A stretch of 36,302 bases of DNA from Parvularia atlantis (Eukaryota), in contig CALSCO010000161.1 of assembly GCA_943704415.1 (NCBI GenBank), positions 1 through 36,302 on the forward strand, in the 5' to 3' direction. Numbering within the stretch: the first letter of the stretch is position 1; each line of letters begins with the position of its first letter. Shown here piece by piece: positions 1 through 9,425 of this stretch. Both the position numbers and the translations under genes were made by a program. The notes under the pieces are model-generated. The model saw only the letters and a program-made list of their open reading frames with translations, ran no database searches and had not been told where the DNA came from.

Positions 1-2182
1 CGCTGTTGCACTGGCACGTGGGGTTCGTGCCGCACACGAGCTGGCCGTTCACACCGCAGCCGCGGTTGCCGTCGACGCAGTCGCACGTGTCGGTGTAGAA
101 CGGCGAGGCGGAGTTGCATTTGCATGCGCCGGTCGTGTAGTCGCACACGCCGTTGGCCGGGTTGCACGTCTTGCTGCACGCTTGGGCGATTTTGGTGAAG
201 GTTCCATCTGTGCGGCGTTCACGTCAGCTTCAGGCACAACCTGCGCAGGCTGGGCGGGCGTCTCGCACCCGTGCGGATGAGGAACAGCAGGTCGTTGTAG
301 TCGGGCGTGTTGGTGTTCTGCAGGTCCTCGAAGCCGAGGAGCACGCCGTACTGCGTCTTGACGAACGCGGCGTGCTGCTTGCCGTCCGTGTTGAGTGCCG
401 TCGGGTTGTGCGAGAACCACACGGGGTTCGGCTGGCGACACAAGCGTCAGCACGTGCATTGCCGGCGCACGGGCGCGCGCACCGACTTGGGGCCCACGAA
501 GAACTCATAGCTCGGGTCAATCGGGCAGCCCGCACGCGCCCAGCACGTGTAGTTGCGCGCGCCGTATCGGATGAGGCACGCCTGGAAGTCGTCGGTGCGG
601 TAGCTGTTGAAGCAGCGCGTGTTCATAGTCGATGCCAGTGCGGAGGCCTCGGCGCCTGCAAACGTGGGCGTGAGATGTACTGACCGAGCGCGGCGGCGGC
701 ACGGCGCACCGTCCTTGTGAAGGAAGAAGCCGATGCGCGTGTTGGCGGGGAACGGGCCGAGGTGCACGGTGTCACCCGCGTTGCGGCACTGGCGGTAGTA
801 GCCGCCCTTGGCCGTGTTGCCGACCGTGCCCTCGGCGGTGTTGGCCAGCGTGCGCGACGTGTCGGCAAAAACGTCGACCTGCGCGCGTCGTCAGCACGAC
901 TCGCACCCACAGTGAGCAGGAAGAACGCACAAAGGACCAATAGACGATCGAGTTGTCGGCGTTAATCAGATAAATGCCCATCTGCTGGCGCGTGGACGAG
1001 CCGTCGTAGACGTACGTCACATTGACCCAGCAGTTGCTCTGCGTGCATGTGAGCGTCGGGCTGCGGGCAGCGGCCGTGTGAGTCATTACTCGCCGCAGAC
1101 TGAGCGGTGTGAATCATGGCACGCACTCGAGCGGGTTGTTCGTGGTGCTGCTGTACGCGTTGAACGCGAGCGTCTGCTCCGGCGTGCGCGGCTTGCTTAA
1201 CGTCGGGTTCTCTGGGAAGAAGCTCGACAGCTGCGCACCACGAAAGTGAGAACACACATCGCCCAAAGGGCAGCTGCGCACCGCCCAGCTGACAAAGTTC
1301 GTGCCTGAGATGGCCGGCAGAGTCGCGAACGACGCGTTGTGAATCGTGCAGAGCGAGCCAATTGACGGGTTGATGTACGGCGCGATGCCGCCCACGGTGC
1401 GGAGCATGTCCATGGCGACGTAGTACTTTATGGCGCTCTGCGTATCATCGGAGCTGCCGCCGGCGCGCTCGGTGTACTGGTCGTACGGGTAGTAGTTGCT
1501 GGTGTCCGAGTTGTACTCGATTGGCGCGGCCTGGTTGCAGTTCGACATCACGACCTTGGTCGTCGGCGGTTGGTTCTGGCTGCAGTAGCACGCCTCCGAA
1601 GAAAACCAGTAGTTGTTACCGAACGCCGTGAACGTGTACGTCTTGTAGGCCGCGTACGCGTAACGGTAGTCTATTGGCGCGCCACGTGTGAGCTGCATAG
1701 CGCAAACGTGTGCAAACGGGCACGCACCGTTGTACAGGCAGTCCGCCGCGCACAGGCGCATGCTCAGTTTGTCGACCGTGTATGGCTGGCCAAAAGTTGA
1801 CGTCTTGTAGTCGATGTAGCATCCGACGACGAAGATTAAGTCGAAGCACGCCACAGACTGCGGGCCGACGGCGAGGAAGAGGTTCTTGAGCGTCTGGCCA
1901 GACGTGATCTGGAAGCAGCCGAGGACGTCGAACACCCCTGGGCGAAGCGCAGGAGCGGTGTCAGCTTCGCTCTCCATCACGTCGAAGCACGCGCGTGCAC
2001 GTACACTTGTTGGGCACGGTCTGGTTGCCCTTGTTGAGCGGGAAGTCCCACATGTAGGTGTCGGCGGGCACGTAGTTCGGGTAGCCCTGCTCGTACTTGT
2101 TGGGCACGAGCGTCTGCGCGGCCGCGAGCGATGCGAAGGCGAACGCCACGGCCGCGAGCGCGGCCGAGGCGGGCGCGCCCAT
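1..2182 (-). CDS. Secreted/surface multidomain protein: signal peptide, WSC-like domain, DUF4114-like domain, EGF-like Cys repeats; spliced (~7 introns), runs off the left window edge
   Basis: ATG at 2182 MGAPASAALAAVAFAFASLAAAQ. WSC-like VGCYID...MRLCAADC...ACYCS. GDTVHLGPFPANTRIGFFL...WFS...LN.DGKQH...LLGFEDL...DYNDLLFLI. Then CSKTCNPANGVCDYTTGACKC. Exons join in frame through GT..CTGAC/CTCAC..AG introns. Confidence 0.75.
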
Positions 2183-2762
2183 GGTTGCGGTCGACTGTGC
2201 GCGGCGCGGCACGTCAGCGCTGGTGAAAGGAAATTATACGCGCGCGAGGCGCGCCAGAAGGGGACATTTCGAGGCGAGCATGAGGGGAAAAACGCGAAGC
2301 TGCAGCAGAGGCGCGCGGCGGACGAGGCGGCCGCGAGAGGGAGCAGGGCAGCGTGGGACTGGGATAAGATACCCAAAACGCGTTTCGCATCTGATGATGG
2401 CTGAAACGCGCGACGTGTTTCGTCCCATGCTAGCACCGCCGCCGAGTGGCTATGCACGCCGCGACGTGTATCAGCCACGAAATGACCGCGTTTCGCCTGT
2501 ATTTACACCCGCGCTTCACATCGGCGCGCCCGACCGGCTTGACGACGACGATCGTTGCCGCACGTGCGTCACTTGTTGTGATGGCGTGCTGCTCTGTGCC
2601 GTCACAGGCAGCGCTGTCATATGCGACCTGCGCCACCGCACGACAGCCGCGTCAGCAGCAGCTTGTCCACTACCAGACGCACCTAGGCTCGGCCTCGAGG
2701 CGTTCGTCGGTGCGCCGTTGCTGCCGCTCAGCTCGCCGTACTGCTGCGCCGTCTCCGCCGCC

Positions 2763-2993
2763 TCACGTTGCGGCACCGTCCCGCCCGGTCGCCGACGGCT
2801 CGTATGGCGGCGGGCGCTGGTGCGGCGGCAGCGCGATGTGCGGCGGGTAGCGCGGCTCGGTGCGGTTGATGCGCTCCCAGTCGGCGCGCGTGGCCTGCTC
2901 CTTGCGCGCCGTGCGCTCGAGCCGCCGCGCCTGCGCCAGCTGCCGCTCGGGGGCGCGCTTCTCGTAGTCCTTATTTTCCGTGCGGTGCGTGAG

Positions 2994-3027
<34 letters not shown>

Positions 3028-3175
3028 CGCACGTGCCTCGCACGCGAGCAAGTACCTCGTACAGCAGGTACCCGAGCACGTACAGCCCCGCGAGCGCGCC
3101 CGTGAGCACGGCCGCCTGCACCGGACGCGGCCACTTGTTCGGCTCCACGTGGCCGACGCTAGATGCGCGTGACAT
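2763..3175 (-). CDS. Hypothetical small single-pass membrane protein (~108 aa, one intron containing a poly-G tract)
   Basis: MSRASSVGHVEPNKWPRPVQAAVLTGALAGLYVLGYLLYE | DYEKRAPERQLAQARRLERTARKEQ...; hydrophobic segment then charged helix. Start and end uncertain. Confidence 0.45.
2994..3024. repeat. Poly-C homopolymer (~31 nt), intronic
   Basis: Uninterrupted C run in the sequence. Confidence 0.9.
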
Positions 3176-3580
3176 GCTGATCAAACTACAGCTACGGTGT
3201 GTGCCCAGCCTGTGCCACAGCGTCTGTAGACACATTTTGTGAGCGCAGGTGTACGGGTAAGCGCAGGTGTCAGTGAGCCACCGTGACCAAGAGCGAGCGT
3301 GTTGAACGCAGCTCGAACGCACACAGGCTGCCAGTGCACCGCACGTACCGGACGCGCGCAAGCAATCCGCACCTCCAGGTCGTCACATCGTCACATCTTG
3401 TCGATGCGAGCCACCCTCTCCGGCAGCGTCCTTCGCGTACTGCGACGCAGACACTTGCTCGGCGCGCTCAATCAAGACTTGCGGCGCGCGGTGACCGTGC
3501 ACTGACTTCCGCAAGAGTTAGGCCTGACACGATTTGTTCCACGTTCGTCGCGAGTGCGTTTCAATTCCATCAGCGTTGGG

Positions 3581-4234
3581 ATGTCGATGTGCTGCGACGG
3601 CTTCTGGGCGCCCGAGGCGGCCGACTTCAGCCGCTGCGCACTGGCCCTGTGCGCTGCCCTCACTGCCCTCTGCCCATCACGTGCTGACCGCGGCCGCGGC
3701 CAGGCTGTTCGTGGTCGCGCCGCACGGCCTCGTCGTCATCGCCGCGCTGCTGACGGCGCTGTGGCTTCGACAAGCGCGTCGCGGGCGTCCGTTCATGCTG
3801 GGCACAGCGCCGCGGGCCGTGACGGCGCTGTGCGGCGCGGCGTTCGTTGTGGTGCTCGTCTACGTCGCCGTGGCGCGTCCGACGGCCGCGCTGCCGCTCG
3901 TCACGGCCGCGATTGTGCTGGCGACGTGGGCGTTGAGCGCCGCGCTGATAGCCGCGCACCACGCCGTCGCGCCGCATCGCCATGGGCTGCTGCTGCTGCG
4001 CGCGACATGGCTCGTGGCCGGCGCGGCCGCCGTCGTCGTGCTGCAGTCAGCCACGCGCGACGTCGACGAGACGCGCTGGACGCGCGTTGAGCGGGCCACG
4101 GCGATCGCGGGCGCGGCCGTCGTCGTCGCCATCGCGCTTATCGCGGCGCTGCTCTGGTCGTGGCGCGCCGTGCCGCCGGTGCTGCGGCAGGCGGCTGGCG
4201 ACGTGCGTGGTGCGTCGTTGCAGAACGACAACGG

Positions 4235-4267
<33 letters not shown>

Positions 4268-7200
4268 TCACCAGCAGCAGGACGACAACGACGACGGCGA
4301 GGTCGAGTGCGACGAGGGCAAGTTCCCGCTCAGCCACGTCTTCTTCTGGTGCGTGCGCGTCCTCGCCCGGCCTGCTTCGCAGAGCCGATCGGGCGGCGCG
4401 CAGGTGGGCGCACGGGCTGCTCCGCCGAGGCTTCGCGAGCGCCCTCGAGACGCCGCAGCTGCTCGGCCTCCCCGCGATGCTGATGGGCGCGTCGGTCGTG
4501 CAGTGCGTCGTGCGCGCGCGCTTGTGATCGACGTTTTGAAAGACGCGCGGCAGACACGCCGACGCCGTGCGCGACGCGGCCGAGCGGCACCGGCAGTCGG
4601 ACGTGCGCAGCGGGCGCTGGCTACTGCGCGCGCTGCTGGGCGTCTTTGGCGCGTCGTTCTTCCCGCTCGTGCGCTCTCACTGCTGCTGCTGCTGCTGCTG
4701 CTGCTGCCCGCGCTCCAGAGCTGATCGTGGACGTGCGCAGGGCTTGCTGCGTCTCGCCGCGGACCTGCTCGCGTTCGGCGCGCCCGTGTTCCTCAACGTG
4801 CTGCTCGCGAGCGTCGAGGCGCCCACGGACGAGTCGCCGACGCGCGGCTACGTCGCCGGTGCGCTCAGTCGTGCGTGCGTAAGGTCGATCAAGAGTCTGA
4901 TCGACGAGCACAGCCGCGCTGCTCGTGTCGTGCTCGGCGCTCTCGGCCTTCATCGGCACGCAGTTCAACTACCGTGTGGCCAAGACCGCACTTGCCCTGC
5001 GCGGCACCGTCGTCGCCGCAGTCTACGCCAAGTCGCTGTCGATCGCGCAGCGCTCGCGCGGCAGTGCGTCGCGTATGCTGCTAGCGGGGCGCGTTGCTCA
5101 ACGCGTACGCAGAGTACAGCACGGGCGCGATCACCAACTTTATGAGCTCGGACGCGGACCGCATCGAGAACGTGTGCCAGAGCTTCCATCAGGTGCGCGG
5201 CTTTGCTCGCGACGTAGCTATGCTCACGCGGCGCGCGCGCGAAAGATCTGGAGCCTGCCGCTGCAGATCGGCCTGTCGCTCTACCTGCTGTTTGCTCAGG
5301 TGCAGGTCGCGTTCGCGGCCGGCCTGGCGGTCGTGCTGCTGCTCGTGCCCGTGAACCGCTTCCTCGCGCTGCGCATCGGCTCGGTGCGGGACCTCTGTGC
5401 CGTTGCGCGCGTGTGCTCACAAGAACGACAGCTGTGCGGCGCGCTGATGGAGCACAAGGACGCGCGCGTGGCGACGACGAGCGAGGCCGTGACGGCGATT
5501 CGCGTCGTCAAGTGCGTGCGCTTGTTGCAGCCCTTGTGTGCTGATGGGCACGCGCCGCAGGTACTTTGCCTGGGAGGACGTGATTAGCGAGCGCGTCGAG
5601 CGCCACCGCGCGCCCGAGCTGGCCGTGCTGACGCAGCGCAAGTACCTCGACGCGTGGTGCGCAGCCGCAACGTGCGCACGGGCGAGCGCTCGCTGATGCT
5701 GTGTCGCAGGTGTGTCTACTTCTGGGCCACGACGCCCGTACTCATGTCGCTCGCGACCTTTGCGACCTACACGCTCAGCGGCAACGCGCTCTCGTCCGCG
5801 ACCGTGCGTTGCACTGACACGTTGTTGCGGCACTGCTCATGCGCCGCTATGCAAAGGTGTTCACGTGCCTGTCGCTGTTCAACATGCTCATCACGCCGCT
5901 CAACGCCTTCCCGTGGGTCATCAGCGGCGTTGTCGAGGCACTCGTGTCGCTCGGTCGTGTCGAGGCGTTCCTAGGTATGCGCGAACGACCGTGCCAGAGG
6001 GGGTGCTGCTCACGATGCTGTGTGTTCAGGCGAGCCCGACCGCGATCTCTCGGTGTTCAAGCGCCCGCCCGACGACGAGCCGGATGCGCTGCTGCGCTTC
6101 GATCGCGCGAGCTGGTCATGGGGCGACGCCGAGGACGAGCGCGTCCTGAGCGACGTCTCGCTCGCTGTGCGCCACAGCACGCTCACCGTGGTCGTCGGGG
6201 CCGTCGGCGCGGGCAAGACGTGCGTCTCGCGTGCTGCTGTCTATGCGCATGCTCACACGCAACTCGCTCAGTGCACTGCTGCGTGCGATGCTCGGCGACC
6301 TCGAACTGATCGAGGGCTCAGTCGCCTGCGTGGACGGACTGCACGACGGCTCGGTGGCGTACGTCACACAGGTGCGGTTGTGTCCGCGCCCGTCGTTTGC
6401 TTACGCGCGCGGTCGACAGGAGCCGTGGATCGTCAACGGAACGCTGCGCGACAACGTGCTCTTTGGCCGCCCGCTCGAAGTACGCTCGCGCGCGCTGCGG
6501 TCGTCTGCAATCGCTGAGGGCTCGGCGGTGCGGCAGCGCACCCGCCTGGACGCCGTGCTGGACGCGTGCGCGCTCGGGCCCGACGTCGCCGCAATGCCAC
6601 TGGGCGAGCGTACGGAGATCGGTGGCAACGGCATCAACTTGAGCGGTGGGCAGCGTGCGCGAGTGCGTGTGTCAGGTTGGTGCTTGGCGTGTCTCACGTC
6701 GCGTGCGCAGCTCGCCCTAGCCCGTGCGCTGTACCAGGACCGTGCCGTGTACCTGCTTGATGACCCGTTTGCGGCCGTGGACGCGGTCGTGGGCGCGCAA
6801 CTGCTGCAGCGCGTGGTCGTGGACGGCCTGCTGCGCGCCGGCAAGACCGTCGTGCTTGTCACGCACCAGGTGCAGTACGCCAGCCTGGCCGACCAGGTGC
6901 TGCTCGTCGAGCGCGGGCACGTTCGCACCTGCTCGACCGCCGACGTCAAGGCGCTGTTCAGCCTGCGATCGACCGCGCCGGCAGCGCAAGCGACGACAAC
7001 AACGACGCCTGCCGAGCAGCCTGCCAACGTCGACGTGTGCGTTTGCTGCTTCTTTGCGCCGTGGAGGTTGATGCGCAAGGGCACGATAGGCTGCCAGCCA
7101 CGAGCGACGCGGAGCCGGCCTCGCTCACGGTCGCCGAGACGCGCAACACGGGCAGCATCCGCGGGGCGGTCGTCGCACGCTACCTGCGCTCGGTCGGCTC

Positions 7201-9399
7201 GCCGTGGCTGCTGGCCGCGACGTTCGGTGCTGCCGTGGCTGGCCGTTGCTTGCCGCTCACTGACGCGCCCACAGGGAGCCTGGCACTGATGCAGGCCAGC
7301 AAGAACGTGAGCGACTGGTGGCTGTCGTACTGGGTCGCGTCCGAGGGCGCCGACGCGCGCGGGCTCGGCTTCTACCTCGGCCTGTACGCCGCGCTCGCGC
7401 TCACCAACTCGCTCTTCACGCTTGTGCGGTGCGTTGTTTTGGCCTGCGTAGTGCCGTCAGCTCGCTGATCGCGGCACGCACAGCTCGTTTGCGTTCGCCA
7501 AGACGTTTCTGCTCGCGGCCGCCAACGTGCACCGGCAGCTACTGCACGCCGTGCTGTCGACATCGGTGCTCTTCTTCGACCGCAACCCGGTGCGCGCACG
7601 ACTGAACATCGTGCAGCACAACGCGCTGAGCACGGCTGAGCAGGTCGGGCGCGTGCTCAATCGCTTCTCGGGCGACGTCTTTGCGATCGACGACGCTCTG
7701 CCGTTCCAGCTCAACATCTTCCTGGCGAACCTCTTCTCGTGCGCGCGCCTGATGCGGGACGCAGCCGACGGTCTCACGCCGCGCGCGCAGGCTGCTCGGC
7801 ACGCTCATCACGCTCGTGGCGCTGCTCCCGACCATGAGCCTCGTCGTGCTGCCGGTGCTGCTTGTGTACGCGGCCGTGCAGCGCTTCTATCGCATGACGT
7901 CGCGGTGCGCACCGGCCTCGCTCGCTGCCTTGCCGTGCTCACGTGAGGTGGCAGCGAGCTTAAGCGCCTCGAGTCGATCGCGCGCTCGCCGCTGTACGCG
8001 CACTTTTCTGAGACGATCGAAGGTGCGCCGAGTGACCGCTTGACGCCCGCCCGCTGATCGCGCAGCGTCCCACACAGGTGTCCCGGTCATCCGCGGCCTG
8101 TCGCTCGAGCGTGGCTTCCGGGAGCAGAGCCTGGCGCGGCTGCAGGCGCACCAGCGCACGCTTTTCAACGGCCTCGTGACGGGCCAGTGGCTGGGCACGC
8201 ACCTGCAGCTGCTCGGCGTGGTGCTGCTGTCGGGCGTGGCCTTTGGCGTGCTCTCGAGCACCATGTGCATGGCTTTGATCAGTTCGGACGACTGCTGACC
8301 GTCGCGACGCGCAGGCTGTCGGCGAGCGCGGCCGGCCTCGCTCTGACGTACGCGCTGCCCGTGACGTCGCTGCTGAGCGGCCTCGTCAGCTCGTTTGTCG
8401 CGACCGAGCGCGAGATGGTGGCGGTCGAGCGCGTGAGCGAGTACATCGACCTGCCGCCCGAGGACGGCGACGGCGTCGACAAGGCCGGCGAAACGTGGCC
8501 CGAGCACGGCGCCGTCGAGTTCCGCGACGTGCGGCTGCGCTACCCGTCGGCCGCCGCCGACGCACTGCGCCGCGTGTCGCTCTTGGTCGCGCCCGGCGAG
8601 AAGATCGGCATCGTCGGGCGCACGGGCGCGGCCAAGTCGACTCTGCTCGCGGCACTCTTCCGGCTTGTCCCAATCAGCAGCGGCACAATCGCGGTCGACG
8701 GTCACAACCTCGCCCGGCTGCCGCTGCGGGAAGTGCGGTGCGTCCTGCGCAGTCGACATGACACGTGCTGCTGACGCGTGTATGCCGCGCAGGTCGCGGC
8801 TTGCGATCATCACGCAGACGCCGACACTCGTCGTCGGCTCGTTCCGCGACAACGTCGACCCGCGGCGCGAGCTCGACGACGACGCGCTGTGGCGGCTGGT
8901 CGACGTGCGCGCCGTCTGCTCGATGTGTCGACGGCGCCGTCTGATGCGCGCGTGCAGCTGTGCCATCTGCGCGACGTGCTTCGGCCGCTCAGCCTGGACG
9001 CGCCCGTGTGCGGGCAGGGTGCCGAGATGTCGCTCGGGCAGAAGCAGCTCGTGTGCCTCGCGCGTGCACTCGCTCGCCGCACAACAGTGCTGTGCCTCGA
9101 CGAGGCCACGGCCGCGGTCGACCCCGCGACGGACGCCAAGGTGCAGGCGACGCTGCGCAACGTCTTTGGCGCGTGCACCGTGCTGATCATCGCGCACCGG
9201 TGCGGCTCCTCGACTGTTGTGCGCAACAGCTCGTCTGACGACAGCGCACAGGCTGCACACGGTGCTCGAGTGCGACCGCGTGGTGGTGATGGACCAGGGG
9301 CAGATCGTCGAGATCGGCGCACCAAACGAGCTGACGCAGCGCGCAGACGGGCGCTTTGCCGAGATGCTGCGCAGCGCAGAGACCGGGCCTGCGACGTAG
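3581..9399 (+). CDS. ABCC10: ABCC (MRP7/ABCC10-like) full-length ABC transporter, TMD0-TMD1-NBD1-TMD2-NBD2, ~27 introns
   Basis: [31 protein letters not shown]1 [59 protein letters not shown]2 [30 protein letters not shown]; stop TAG at 9397-9399. Confidence 0.9.
4223..4266 (+). repeat. Coding (AACGAC)n repeat encoding NDNDND in the ABC TMD0-TMD1 linker
   Basis: Visible hexamer repeat. Confidence 0.8.
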
Positions 9400-9425
9400 A
9401 CTAGTCTGTACAGTTAAAGCGATCA

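Noticed and set aside
2994..3024. Poly-C/G tract as a functional G-quadruplex
   Set aside because: The length of such homopolymers is unreliable and may be a sequencing artefact; no further support
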